A stretch of DNA of 63,876 bases, counting the filler, from Welwitschia mirabilis (lineage: Eukaryota), in NCBI GenBank assembly GCA_051453625.1. It is 8 parts of one record of this genome, joined end to end, with 100 filler letters (N's around TTAATTAATTAA, not from the genome) between each part and the next. Parts side by side here need not be neighbours in the genome. Positions count along the whole stretch, not along the records: positions 25,343 to 27,747 come from JBOZIK010000001.1; positions 27,848 to 48,732 come from JBOZIK010000001.1; 6 more parts are not named here. One strand, given 5' to 3'. Both the position numbers and the translations under genes were made by a program. Below the pieces are notes generated by a model that ran no database searches, was not told the DNA's origin, and worked only from the letters and a program-made list of their open reading frames with translations. Position 1 is the stretch's first letter; every line of letters starts with the position of its first letter. Shown here piece after piece: positions 25,601-39,220 of this stretch.

Positions 25601-27919
25601 NNNNNNNNNNNNNNNNNNNNNNNNNNNNNNNNNNNNNNNNNNNNNNNNNNNNNNNNNNNNNNNNNNNNNNNNNNNNNNNNNNNNNNNNNNNNNNNNNNNN
25701 NNNNNNNNNNNNNNNNNNNNNNNNNNNNNNNNNNNNNNNNNNNNNNNNNNNNNNNNNNNNNNNNNNNNNNNNNNNNNNNNNNNNNNNNNNNNNNNNNNNN
25801 NNNNNNNNNNNNNNNNNNNNNNNNNNNNNNNNNNNNNNNNNNNNNNNNNNNNNNNNNNNNNNNNNNNNNNNNNNNNNNNNNNNNNNNNNNNNNNNNNNNN
25901 NNNNNNNNNNNNNNNNNNNNNNNNNNNNNNNNNNNNNNNNNNNNNNNNNNNNNNNNNNNNNNNNNNNNNNNNNNNNNNNNNNNNNNNNNNNNNNNNNNNN
26001 NNNNNNNNNNNNNNNNNNNNNNNNNNNNNNNNNNNNNNNNNNNNNNNNNNNNNNNNNNNNNNNNNNNNNNNNNNNNNNNNNNNNNNNNNNNNNNNNNNNN
26101 NNNNNNNNNNNNNNNNNNNNNNNNNNNNNNNNNNNNNNNNNNNNNNNNNNNNTATGTATATGTATATGTATATATATATAGCTCAAACATAATTATCAAG
26201 ATAAAAATCTTTATTGAAGATTCATATTACTATATTATAAATTAATTAAAAAAGTAATAATCTAGAAACTATTTATGTTACTTAAATCACTAAGATAAAG
26301 ACTCTTATAAGCATATACATTCAAAGTAAGATAAAGAAAAAATGTAAAAGTGGTATTTATATAAATAAAATATTATTTGTAGGTAGTTTAACTTAAAACT
26401 ACTAATAGAAACATATCTTATATACTTAAATTCCCTATAAAATTCTATGTAATAATTTTTCTNNNNNNNNNNNNNNNNNNNNNNNNNNNNNNNNNNNNNN
26501 NNNNNNNNNNNNNNNNNNNNNNNNNNNNNNNNNNNNNNNNNNNNNNNNNNNNNNNNNNNNNNNNNNNNNNNNNNNNNNNNNNNNNNNNNNNNNNNNNNNN
26601 NNNNNNNNNNNNNNNNNNNNNNNNNNNNNNNNNNNNNNNNNNNNNNNNNNNNNNNNNNNNNNNNNNNNNNNNNNNNNNNNNNNNNNNNNNNNNNNNNNNN
26701 NNNNNNNNNNNNNNNNNNNNNNNNNNNNNNNNNNNNNNNNNNNNNNNNNNNNNNNNNNNNNNNNNNNNNNNNNNNNNNNNNNNNNNNNNNNNNNNNNNNN
26801 NNNNNNNNNNNNNNNNNNNNNNNNNNNNNNNNNNNNNNNNNNNNNNNNNNNNNNNNNNNNNNNNNNNNNNNNNNNNNNNNNNNNNNNNNNNNNNNNNNNN
26901 NNNNNNNNNNNNNNNNNNNNNNNNNNNNNNNNNNNNNNNNNNNNNNNNNNNNNNNNNNNNNNNNNNNNNNNNNNNNNNNNNNNNNNNNNNNNNNNNNNNN
27001 NNNNNNNNNNNNNNNNNNNNNNNNNNNNNNNNNNNNNNNNNNNNNNNNNNNNNNNNNNNNNNNNNNNNNNNNNNNNNNNNNNNNNNNNNNNNNNNNNNNN
27101 NNNNNNNNNNNNNNNNNNTTGTAAGTCAAAATTGTATGTATTTGATAGGGTATTTTGATTAGTCTTGTAGGATAATAGATAGGTTAAAGTGGATTTTTAA
27201 TAATAATGGAGAACCAATACAATAATCATGAAAATATATAATCTTCATTACATTTAATAGCATTTTAGATAGTTTACAATAATTCCTATTTTAAGAAGAA
27301 GTTCAACAATCAAAGAGGTTAATTTGTGTAAGAAATAACTTTAAGAGGTTATCATTCACATCATCGTACAGACAACAATAGTAGATGACTGAACTATACA
27401 AGCTAATTAGGATGCTGATTGGATTAAATGGGAGCTTATGTGGATCTTTTCTAATATGGAATCATCCTCATCGTCATTCAAATTACTAGTAGGATGACAC
27501 CCAAAAATAATCAATGCACCAAACTCTACCTAACTTCTGTAAAGTGTCATGTACCTTCTATGTGCTGTTAGGATATCACATTGTGTCTATTAGGTTCTTT
27601 GTTTTTAGAGTCTTAATTATAATAAATACCTCTACAACTCTTGACTTTATATTTTATTTTTTCTAGCATTATAAATTCTTGTAATAGAAGATCTAAGCAC
27701 AAGAGATCCATTCTTTATTGCTAATAAAAGTCTTCCTTGATGTTGGGNNNNNNNNNNNNNNNNNNNNNNNNNNNNNNNNNNNNNNNNNNNNTTAATTAAT
27801 TAANNNNNNNNNNNNNNNNNNNNNNNNNNNNNNNNNNNNNNNNNNNNTTCTATAAGTTACATGATTTACCAGTTTATCTAAAGGACTTCCAAATTACATA
27901 AATTCACAATGCAACATTT

Positions 27920-27937
27920 TGGCACTATTGCTGAGGA
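27920..27937 (+). promoter_or_regulatory. tRNA-Asp primer-binding site (Athila type)
   Basis: TGGCACTATTGCTGAGGA vs TGGCGCCGTTGCCGGGGA: 13/18 identical, all five differences are C>T or G>A. It lies 3 nt after the LTR-terminal CA. Confidence 0.85.
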
Positions 27938-28829
27938 AGGCTGTAAGGAGCTAAGAGGGTTATCACTAACTAGCTAAGTATTCTAAATCCTCTGTTCAAG
28001 TTATTTATTTAAATTAGTATTGTATTTTTCTAGCTTAGGTTATAGTAGGGTTATTTCTACAACTTCATTTTCTGCAAGTTTTCCTCATGAATCCTATTGT
28101 TTTCTTTGTCATCCCAATGACATAGGACATGATAGTTTAATATTTTGCAAGTAGTTTCTATTTTTCGCAATTTTTTCCTATTTTTCTTTATAGTAAACTA
28201 TTATTTTGTCTGTTCTTTCTATGATAAAGAGGATGACAGTCCTTAAAATTTTTTACATTTTTGATATTTTATTTTTAGTAAAATAAAAATATTGTCATCC
28301 TTCCTGTCGTCCACATGATAGTCCAAATGATGGCCTACATAATTTTTGTAGTTTTAGATTTTTATTTACTGTGATCATTATCCTTTTTGTATCTCCACGA
28401 CTAGGTAGATAACGGTCTACTATTTTTTATTTTGTCTTTTTATTAGTTATTTAAGCATGCAGGGATATGGTAAATTCTGGTAAGAAGACAAAATATCAGA
28501 GAGAACAAAACCTGATTGAAGAAAACATCAGAGAAGAATTATCTAACTTTAAGCTAAATCCAAATATGCATACCCTAAGTACGTAAATTTTTTGAATTGA
28601 AAAAGAAGATTTTTTTGCTTTTATTATTTCAGAATCAGATTTTATAAAAGAAAATTATAGTGTAGAAAGTAATCGTGTTGTTTTTTTAAATATGTCAAAC
28701 GTATCAAAAGCATTACAAAAATAAAAGCAAGTTNNNNNNNNNNNNNNNNNNNNNNNNNNNNNNNNNNNNNNNNNNNNNNNNNNNNNNNNNNNNNNNNNNN
28801 NNNNNNNNNNNNNNNNNNNNNNNNNNAAA

Positions 28830-29546
28830 CCCTTTTGATTTATCTCCTAGAGATAATGTAGAACTAAGAAATTTAAGTGCTTATCCAACTTTTTCGGGGA
28901 AACCGGAGGAATATCCTTTTCAAAATTTAGCTAACATTGAACAACTTGTGCTTACCTCAGGAAATGGGAAAAAATGTATTAGTGACTAAACTTACATGAT
29001 CATTTTTTCTTATCATCCTTAGAGGAAGAGCAAAAGTTTGGTTTAAAACCATACCATACAAAATCCTTAAATCTTGAAGTCAAGTGCAAAAAGTATTCAT
29101 TAACAGATTTTTGAGGGAAAGTTCTATGAGAAAGAGAAGAAAAGAAGTAACTAATTTCTAACAACACATTCATGAGAATTATGAAATAATNNNNNNNNNN
29201 NNNNNNNNNNNNNNNNNNNNNNNNNNNNNNNNNNNNNNNNNNNNNNNNNNNNNNNNNNNNNNNNNNNNNNNNNNNNNNNNNNNNNNNNNNTGATAAAGAG
29301 AAGAAAAGAAGTAACTAATTTCTAACAACACATTCATGAGAATTATGAAATAATTTATAAAAATTTTATAAATGCTAGCCATTCTAATCCTATTGATAAA
29401 TTTTATAAAGAAAAACTAGTATATTATTTTTATAGTGGATTGAATGCTTCAATGAAACAACTAATAAACTTTTCTTATAGAGGCAATTTATTGAACTTAG
29501 GCCTAGATGATGCATGGAGGGTGCTAGAGAATTTGATAGAAATAAG
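28830..29546 (+). pseudogene. Athila gag relic (Retrotrans_gag)
   Basis: YPTFSGKPGEYPFQNL...SLRGRAKVWF...VFINRF...RKEVTNF*Q and FYSGLNASMKQLI...DDAWRVLENL. Confidence 0.85.
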
Positions 29547-29646
29547 NNNNNNNNNNNNNNNNNNNNNNNNNNNNNNNNNNNNNNNNNNNNNNNNNNNNNN
29601 NNNNNNNNNNNNNNNNNNNNNNNNNNNNNNNNNNNNNNNNNNNNNN

Positions 29647-29687
<41 letters not shown>
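29647..29687 (+). repeat. (AG)n microsatellite at a gap edge
   Basis: About 20 perfect AG units. Confidence 0.95.
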
Positions 29688-29690
<3 letters not shown>

Positions 29691-31313
29691 AAATGAAAAA
29701 ATAACTACCATTCTCTTTAATTTTATATTTTTACAAAAATGGTAATTATGATGTCCTACTGTAAGTTAACCAAGGCAAATATTCCTAAGAGGAGCCTTTG
29801 GCAGTGCGATATGATAGCTATGGAAACTCCACTGGGGGGTCAGTTGGTTATGCTGTGTGGGTTCTTACTCATTTAATAATGGTTGCACTCCCCTCATCAT
29901 GGAAAAATAACTCATTTGTCTTTATTTATTTCCAGCACTTCCACATGATCACTCTACTTTTTGGATTCTAGTGCTTGTTTTGATATGGTAGCTTGTAAGT
30001 TCCTATTTTAAATAGCTTTTTATCTTATCATTCATTATTTGATAATATTAACATCCTTGACATTATTATAATCATCACCTATTTGATTGTAACTTTGTGA
30101 ATTTTTATATTATGTCATGCATCATTAATCAAGTGATTTTATGCTTATTACTAAGGGAATTTGTTAGGTTTGCATTTAGGATAATAAAATAATCTTCTTT
30201 ATGTTCCTAGCTATCCATTTTTATTTTTGTTTTTCTTTTATTATTTTGATTGGATTTTCAAAGTTAATTTTCATACTTTTTCTAGCATCATATCATGGAC
30301 CTAATCATTTTCTAGTTTCTTGTTATTTTTTCTAGAATATTGTTATTTCTTTCTGATAGGTTTCCATGATCTGATGAGATCTATCTTTTCATGCGTTCGA
30401 GCACATTTAAAGCATCTTTGAATATTACTTTTTTTCCTTTGGTGCATTTTTCCTCTACTATCACCTTTTCCTTCTCCATCATGCATTTGCTTTTTAGGTT
30501 GATTCTTTGCTTTCTCTCATGTTGCTATCTTCTTTCTATTGTTTTTATATATTTTCTAGTTTTTTGACATTTTTTGGCTTCTCCTTCCTCTCTAAATAGC
30601 TATTTTGATAACTATCATTCCATGTCTATCATTCCCATGATATAGGGAATGACACTTCGTTTCTTTTCATAGTGTAATTTGAGATGTCTTGCTTCTTCTA
30701 TAGGAGGAGGTAGGACACATTTATGGACATTAATATATCTCTATCAGCATAAATTTTTTTAATTTTTGAGCTTTCATGATCTAACTTTATGATGGCTTGT
30801 TTGGAATATTTTTTTCATGTTATTTGAATAACTTCTTTGGAGAATTCATGAACTTTATTTTGCAGGATCTAGCAACACTCTCACATGTTTTTATATAGCC
30901 ATGTTTTTAGATAATCTAAATTGTGTTATATTTACTTTTATTCCTTGCCTTCTTTGATGATACTAATAAATTTTGAGACATCATGTTCTCAAAATAGCAC
31001 TACTTAAGCTATCACAATAGTCCATTATCATTTTTCTATAATATGCATATGCAGATTCATTTTTACGAGTCATCAAGTTACATTTTTATGATTCCTATAT
31101 GTGTATCACATTCATTCATTCTGTAGTGACATGCTTAAGTAAGGGTCTTAAGAAAATTTTTTAGCACTTGTATTAATTACGTATTGATGATATCATTTTT
31201 CTATAAACTCAATTTATATCCATTTAAACACCATTTTTATCTTAGATAAATTAGCTTACAACTTAGTTGATCGCATACTTTGTCAGAAATTAAGAAGACT
31301 AAGTAGGAGGCTA

Positions 31314-33212
31314 TGTTATGATGCCAATTTATAGGAATTTGATAGTGTATTTTGAGTACTTTTGCAGGACATTCATATAGGTTTTGATGTAATACTAATA
31401 ACTATGAAGACCTGATAGGATGATCAATAAAACATGTGATCTTTAATACTTTTGGCAGTTTCTCGAGCTTATTCTGATACTGCATATTTGGAAGAAGGAA
31501 TTTATGATGCAAAAGACTAACTTACCTTGGAGAGTGGAGAAAAGAAAGACTATCATCTAAATTATCATCCTCATGACATAGAGCATGGCCAAACTACTAA
31601 TGTGGATAGAGGCTGTGGCACTGATAATAACACATGGAGCACATGGAGACATGTAACAGGGCATCTTTCCCTCATTAGTTTAGATGACAGATAGGATAAT
31701 GGAACCGATAACATGAACAGACAACCCATGGGGCTAATGGTATTACATGGGGCACATGAAGTCAAGTGACACATGGTCTTGTCCCCATGGTTTTCCCCAT
31801 GACAGATAGGATGACAACTATTTTTACATGTTCGTAATAAATATCATTGTAAGTGGGGTCAAACAACCCATGTGGGTTATTAGGGAATCTATTTTCCACC
31901 TTCAGGGTTTTTCCTCCAATTCCTCAAGTGAAAAACNNNNNNNNNNNNNNNNNNNNNNNNNNNNNNNNNNNNNNNNNNNNNNNNNNNNNNNNNNNNNNNN
32001 NNNNNNNNNNNNNNNNNNNNNNNNNNNNNNNNNNNNATGTGATCCTTAATACTTTTGGCAGTTTCTCAAGCTCATTCTGATACTACATATTTGGAGGAAG
32101 GTCTTTATGATGCAAAAGACTAACTTACCTTGGAGAGTGGAGAAAAGGAAGACTATCATCCAAATTATCATCCTCAGGACATAGAGCATGGTCAAACTAC
32201 TAATGTGGATAGAGGCTGTGGCACTAACAATAACACATGGAGCACATGAAGACATGTGGCAGGGCATCTTCCCCTCAGTCGTTTAGACAACAGATAGGAT
32301 GATGGAACCGATAACAAGGAAAGACAACCCATGGGGCTAACGGTATCACATGGGAAACATGAAGGCAAGTGACACATGGTGTTGTCCCCATGGTTTTCCC
32401 CATGACAGACGAGATGACAACTATTTTTACATGTTTGTAATAAATATCATTGTAAGTAGGGTCAAACAACTGATGTGGGTTATTAGGGAATCTATTTTCC
32501 ACCTTTAAGGTTTTTCCTCCAATTCCTCAAGTGAAAAACTATAAATACCCTTCTCCTCATTTATTTTCACTCAATCTTTTGTATCTGATACTTGTGATAG
32601 AGGATTAAAGGGCAAGAGGTTCATCCAGTGCTGTAGAAAGGAGTCTTGTTAGTCTTAGACAATGTCTCTTCCATTGANNNNNNNNNNNNNNNNNNNNNNN
32701 NNNNNNNNNNNNNNNNNNNNNNNNNNNNNNNNNNNNNNNNNNNNNNNNNNNNNNNNNNNNNNNNNNNNNNNNNNNNNNNNNNNNNNNNNNNNNNNNNNNN
32801 NNNNNNNNNNNNNNNNNNNNNNNNNNNGGACAACCTTTGTTAAGGGTGACCTTGGTTAGTAGTAGTAGATTGCATTTCCATTTCATTTCATATTACATGT
32901 TACACATTCTTTCTTAGATAGTTCTCATTGTTTATGTTGGTTAAGAATTGGTAAATGCTCTTCTCAATTGATATAAGTTATAGAAAAAGTGGTCTTTTTG
33001 ATAGAAGAACTAGGATCTAAGTAGAAATTCATTTCCATTTCCATTCACTGCATTCATCTTCATTCATCTTGCATTGCATTTACTTATTTATTTCCTTTTT
33101 ATTTCTATAAGATAAAAGACTAAAAAAAATACTTGGAAAAATCAATTCTCTAACTCTAAGCCTAGTGGCTTCATTAGATTATGACATTTGAGTAAACTCC
33201 CATCTATACTGG
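31314..33212 (+). repeat. Athila 3' LTR (gapped, with an internal gap-flanking duplication)
   Basis: TG start after a PPT, homology to 23714-25240, and the near-terminal motif agattatgacatttgagtaaactcccatc at 33176-33205. Confidence 0.8.
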
Positions 33213-33313
33213 NNNNNNNNNNNNNNNNNNNNNNNNNNNNNNNNNNNNNNNNNNNNNNNNNNNNNNNNNNNNNNNNNNNNNNNNNNNNNNNNNNNNNNNN
33301 NNNNNNNNNNNNA

Positions 33314-35084
33314 AGATGTGATGTTTTTATTTTATACCTCTATTTGGGAAATGTAATTTTCACCATAACAAAATATGATAAAGTTTCTATAACTCCTCAA
33401 GCAATAACTTAGATCAATAAAAAAATGGATACACTAACTAATTACTTATAAAATATCTTAACTAAGTTACTAATTTAGATCATTGTAGAAAGAAAAATCA
33501 AATCAATTCAAAAAGAACTATTCATTATAAGCCTTGGGATTTCTATAAAAGAGTACTAGCCTAAAGAGGTTTTTGAGGATTAGACTTTGCCCCTAATAAG
33601 AGGGACCTAATGCATAATAGATTAAAAAAATATAATATTAAAATAAACATGGGAACCAAAATTTCTTTTTTACTTTATTTTTTTAAAATAGTAAACTTCC
33701 TTCTCACTTAGCCATAATCATTCATTAGTAATCCTCCATCACCAAGCATAAGAGCCCCCTCATATATCACTATTAATGTCTTGGTGAGAGCTAATAGGAG
33801 GGAATAGTATTTTATAAAATAATTACATAAAAGCCAAAAATGATTCCATAATGCAATATCACATCATTCCAATAGAAAAAAAGATCATAAGGACAAAAAG
33901 AGAAAAGAGCTTACTTGGGAAGATTAGTAAGATCTTGATAGTTGAAGATTGATGAAGATTTGAACTCAAGAGTTCCTTAGCTCCAAGCTTCTAAGCTTCA
34001 AGCTCCAAAAGCAAGAGAATGAAGGAAAGAGAAAAAGAAAGAGGAAGAATAAATGCACTTGTATAAAACAAAACGAAAGTAATTCTTTTTACAAGAAATA
34101 AAAGGATCTCTATATATAGATAAATAAAGGCACATAGCTCAAGATCACAAGATCACATGATTTAGTATTGATAAGAGGGATGAGTAATAAGTGATATTGG
34201 AGTGCAAAAAGAGATACATATTTATGACTTATGTGCCTAACTAGGGTGAGTAATCTTCTTACTTTAATTAGCAATGTTAATTACATGTATTATTTTTTCA
34301 TGCTAGCTCTTTTTAATCCTTCATAGATTTATAAATAAGTTTAATTCATTTAAGGCATGCATCAAATTGATAAATGCATAAATCTCAAAATTGTCATGTG
34401 GTATAATAAGATAAACTCTTCAATTCCAATGAATAAAACAATGAGTATGCTATGAAGCAAGTGTGCTTACATATCAATAACATAAAAGTCATGGCAAAGT
34501 AAATCTACTCTTTTGTCATTCTTAGTACTAGGTTAGAGTTCATGTACTTGTTCAAATGTTCATTTATTTTATAATTCATAAAATCTTTCAATCATATAAG
34601 ACAAGGAAGAAAATATTTATTCATAATATAGTATACCTCTTATATTTACTAAAAATTTAAATGAGTAAATAAGATGCAAAATATATTATTATATCTTCTT
34701 AAAAAATTTTTATTTATTAGTTTTATTATCTAATTTTAAGTCCTCATATAATAAGATTATCTAATTTTAAATGTTTGAATGGCTTTTCTTATAAAAACAT
34801 TTTAACATAATTTTTATCGTTTCATGATAAATTATAAAAATTACAAACTAAGGTTAATTTAAAATGATATCTTATTTTAATAAGGCATTTAAATGATGTT
34901 AATTAATCATTTGACTAAAAGCTTAATATATTTAAAATTCAAGCAAATACGATTTACAAAATATGGGATATGAAACTATATTTTGGCCTTTTTATAATAG
35001 GTAAACTATTTCTATAAAATATGGATTATTGGGAAATTTTTCCTTCAAGTGTTTGGTAAGGTCATAGGTCATTATGGTGATACA
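33314..35084 (-). repeat. Tekay/Del-like LTR (5' part) inserted just after the RNase H of the neighbouring element
   Basis: Minus strand begins TGTATCACC (cf. TGTAACACCC) at 35084. TATA-like ctatatatagag at ~34108-34120 is followed by a pyrimidine-rich R region. Second partial copy at 22835-23713. Confidence 0.6.
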
Positions 35085-38000
35085 AGTACATCATATCTTG
35101 CTTAAAGCATTAGCTACTTTGTTTTTGTTTTCTAGTATATATTTGAGATTGAATTCATATTTTACCAATAATTTTTTTCATTTTCTTTCTCTTCTATTTA
35201 ATATAAGTTGCTTCTTGAAGTACTCCAAACTCTTAAAGTCTATCTTTAATAGGAATTCCCAACTTCCACCCCCTTCCATACCCTCCACACCCCTCCAACC
35301 CAAATCAAACCCAATCCAACCCGCCCCTTCCCCACTCTTCTTTAAGTAAGTAATATCGCTAAGCTTTTAGAGTATGCACTATGGCTAATAGTTTTAGATC
35401 ATGAACTACATAATTCATTTTATGTTGGTTTAGTTTTCTAGATTCATATGCCATCACTTTGGCTTCTTGAGTTAGCACTGTGACTACTTATTTAACTAAG
35501 GTATTCATAGTTGCTATGAATAGTTCCTCCATTAGTATGATCTTCAATATGGATGCGAATATTAAAAAAATCTTTATTCTTAAGAAGGCTTATTTTAATT
35601 TAAAGTAAAGTTAAAGGATGTTATAGATTTGTTAAGTCTATATGTAGGGCTATCAACTACAGGAATCTTGAAATGAATCTTCAATAGAATCCTATTAATT
35701 GTAAGAAACTTTAGAATTTTATTACATTTTTTATCTTAGGACATTCTTGGACTATTTGGGTATTTATAGGATCTATTACCATTTTCGGTATAGAGATAAT
35801 ATACCCAAGTATTTTACCTCTCTCTCGAAGAAGTTGTATTTGATTAGTTTAGCTTTGAAATCATGATCTTGTAGTATTTTTAGTACTTTATTAAGGTAGT
35901 TTACATGTGTTTATTTATCCTTTAAATATACTAGAGTGTCATCTAAGAATACTATTATAAATTTATCAAGTTATAGATGAAAAACATTATTCATTATGTT
36001 TGTGAGAATTATTGATGCATTAATGAGTTTTCATAACATTACCACAGACCTATAGTATTCATATCTTGCTTGAGATANNNNNNNNNNNNNNNNNNNNNNN
36101 NNNNNNNNNNNNNNNNNNNNNNNNNNNNNNNNNNNNNNNNNNNNNNNNNNNNNNNNNNNNNNNNNNNNNNNNNNNNNTGTCATCTAAGAATACTATTATA
36201 AATTTATCAAGGTATAGATGAAAAACATTATTCATTATGTTTATGAGAGTTATTGGTGCATTAATGAGTTTTCATAACATTACCACTGATCTATACTATT
36301 CATATCTTGCTTGAGATACTATTTTGTGAACATATTCTTCTATAATTTATATTTATTGTTATTCTAATCTTAAGTTAATTTTTGAAAAAAAAAATTCTCC
36401 TTATAATTAATTCAAAATATCATCAATTCTTGGTAGGAGGTATTTATTTTTAATAATGACCTTAATCAGTTGCTAATAGTCGATGCACAATCTAAAGATT
36501 TCATCTTTCTTTTTGACAAATAAGATAGGTGTATTATAAAGAAATATACTTGAGTAGCACTTTCCTTCCAATAATAGTTATTCTAGTTGTAGTATGAGCT
36601 CTCTAATTTCTATTATTGAAAATTTATATGAAGTTACTTACTACTAGTTGTACTCTAAGGATTAAATTGATGTGGTATTCTACCTTTTATTTGGACAGTA
36701 GATTTGTTCTCTCTTTAAATAATTTGATACGTTTTTATAACCCTTCTGGAATATCATGCTATGAACTTGTACCTTTTTATTTTATTATTACTAGAAATAA
36801 TTATTTCTAAGTTACTAATTTTGTAATTTTTTTTAATTAATAAGAACATTTTCTTATTCTTATCCTCACCCTTAAGAATTTGGTCTCTGAATGAAGATGA
36901 AATAATTAATGTTATTTGTTAAAAATTTATTCTAATATTGTAGTTGATAAGAAAGAACATTCATAGGATGAATTCATTGTTATTAATAGTAAGGATGTAA
37001 ACTTTATCTCTAAACTGAAGGTTTTGGATTAAAAAGATTATCGGTCCTCTTATTTCATTTTGTGTTAGGATGTTTCATCTTGCTATTTCTATGAAGGATC
37101 TTAGTTTTTGGAAAGGAGTAATATTTAATTTTTAAAACAAAGAAGGAAATATGAAATTATGAGAAGCACTACAATCAATTAAAAATAAAATTGGATAGAA
37201 AATTGGTTTATAATTAAACTTGTATGGACTATAGTATATATTATTTTTGTAGGTGGTTTTAGATGTGGTTGTATCTGATGTTGATTTTAAATAGAGGATA
37301 TCATCCTAGATACTTATATAGATAATTTCCAATTATGTGGTCTTTTTCTTACACTCATGGTAGATGATATTACTTTTACATTCTTATTAAAGAAATTAAT
37401 TCCTATTGGTAGTAATCCTTATAGTTTGTTTAGTTTGATTTTCAATTCATCTATTATATTGTGCCTCTAAGTAGTGTTTAGTTTTTCTATAAGTATTCTT
37501 AGTAGATTTAACTTCTAATGTATGGAGAAATCTTTGGAATGTGAGTGGAAGTATTCTAATAAAACTATTAATAAGTTACTTTTTTAAGAAGTTTTTCTAT
37601 TACTTCATTAAGTGCTAAAACTCTGGCTAATATTTGTCTAATGGGTGCTCTCCTAAATGTAGGCATTAAAATTTGATCATGTGATCTTGAAAAACATTAC
37701 TAGAAATGAACTTATTTTTGAATTCTTCTATAAAATTTTCCTAGTTAATCATATGATCAAATTTTTGCTAGCATCAAAGCCACTATTCTTATGCATCAAA
37801 GATACTATTAAAGAAGATGAAGTATTTTTCTATTTGTTGATGCCATGATATGGCTTTCTTATTAGTTCTTACTTTATCCTAGTATATTTACAAATCAATC
37901 ATTTCTTAAATTTCATTACTTTCTATTTCTTCTACTATTGGATCATTTTCTCTATTTAACAAGCATAAAAATTTGAAGATCAAACTATTTATTGGAAAAG

Positions 38001-38217
38001 TTCTATCTAGAAATGAAAGGCTATTATAGTGGTGCCTATAGATCCTATTTCATTAGATGGATTAGTTGTTTCAAGCATGAAAGGAATAATTATATTTTAT
38101 TATAGAGCTCCTAATGCTATGATTAAATCTCATTTAGTTGATTCCTAGTAGTTTCTATTTGAGAATTTACTCTCCCTTCATTACTGTTTAGTGTGTTTTG
38201 TGCCTTCTTTTTGCCAT
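35085..38217 (-). pseudogene. Chromovirus-type Ty3/Gypsy gag-pol relic (gag, protease, RT, RNase H; integrase absent)
   Basis: gag ENFIEEFKNKF..HLGEHPLDKY; protease LIDCSASHNFI; RT MNNVFHL*LDKFIIVFLDDTLVY..EVKYLG; RNase H VMAYESRKL..NYVVHDLKLLAIVHTLKA*RYYLL and IDFKSLEY..LNRRERK*..NKVANALSK. Confidence 0.9.
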
Positions 38218-38374
38218 TCCTTTTTTGTAGATTCTATTAAACTTTAAATAATTTTTCTTTTCAAAGGTTGTTTTGCAATAATTAGGATAACTAATTAATA
38301 TTTGATAAGTACTAGAATTAAGTGTTAATTTACATAATTATCCTGACTATTATAACTACCAAAGAGGTGAGAAA

Positions 38375-39220
38375 CTATGACGTCAGACTTATGAATGATC
38401 AAGTATGATGTTATACCTACATGATATTAGATTCTTATGATTAAGTATGATGTTAAACTTTAGTTACCTAATTATAATATTAGGCCTTTATTGACCAAGT
38501 ATAACATTAAAGCTTTATTAGTCAATTATGATGTTAGACTCCAACTGTGATGTTAGAATTCATAACCAAGTATGACACTAGACTTTAGTTAACTAAGTAT
38601 GACATTTATTCTCTATCAATCAAATGAGATGTTGAACTCTAATTGTGATTTTATAATTTAGTAACTTATTTTAATATCAAACTTTAATTAATCAAATGCA
38701 AAATTAAGCCTCATTGGCTAAGTATAACATCGAGGCTTTATTAGTCAAGTATGACGTTAGAATTCAACTATAATGTTAGACTTCAATGAAAAAATAGAAC
38801 ATTGGATTTTTATTGGTCAAGTGCAATGTCTAGGCCTCTATCAGCCATAAGTAATGTTATACTTCAACTATGACATTAGGATTCAATGACCAAGTGTGAT
38901 GTTAAATTTTAATTACTTAAGTGCGATGCTGGGTCTTTATCAATTATGTATGACATTAGGGCTCTATCAACCAAGTCTGATATTAGGCCTCCAAGGATCA
39001 AGTGTGATGTTAGGCCTTTAGGACTTAAGTGTGCCATTAGATATTCTAAATCAACTATGATATTATGATAAAACCCTTCAAGTGCAATGTTACATTTTTT
39101 CAAGCAACTATGACAATGGAGATGGGGCTCTTCAAGTATAATGTTGAGTTTCCTTAAGAAATTTTGATATTAAAGGTGGATCCATTTAAGTGCAACATTG
39201 AGTTTTCTTAACTATAGTTG
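38375..39220. repeat. Degenerate minisatellite, ~20-29 bp units with core aagt(a/g)tga(t/c)(g/a)ttag
   Basis: More than 20 visible near-copies, e.g. caagtatgatgtta, caagtatgacgttag, caagtgtgatgttagg. Confidence 0.85.

Larger units (their letters stand above)
27119..33212 (+). mobile_element. Athila element: 5' LTR, PBS, gag, gap, post-pol region, PPT, 3' LTR
   Basis: LTR end aatgcaaca at 27916, tRNA-Asp PBS, gag. 29740-29910 is homologous to the post-pol segment at 55000-55120 (-). PPT aagtaggaggcta is followed by an LTR start at 31314. Confidence 0.75.

Noticed and set aside
26152..26180. (TA)n/(TATG)n stretch
   Set aside because: Ordinary microsatellite at a gap edge.
24788..32502. Recurrent short ORFs MENR(S/F)PNNPH...IPLAPWV as a small gene family
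   Set aside because: They lie antisense within LTR copies and recur only because the LTR is repeated. Frames and stops differ between copies.
35074..35349. 91-aa + strand ORF with a Pro-rich tail
   Set aside because: It is the antisense of the RNase H relic plus the C-rich insert.
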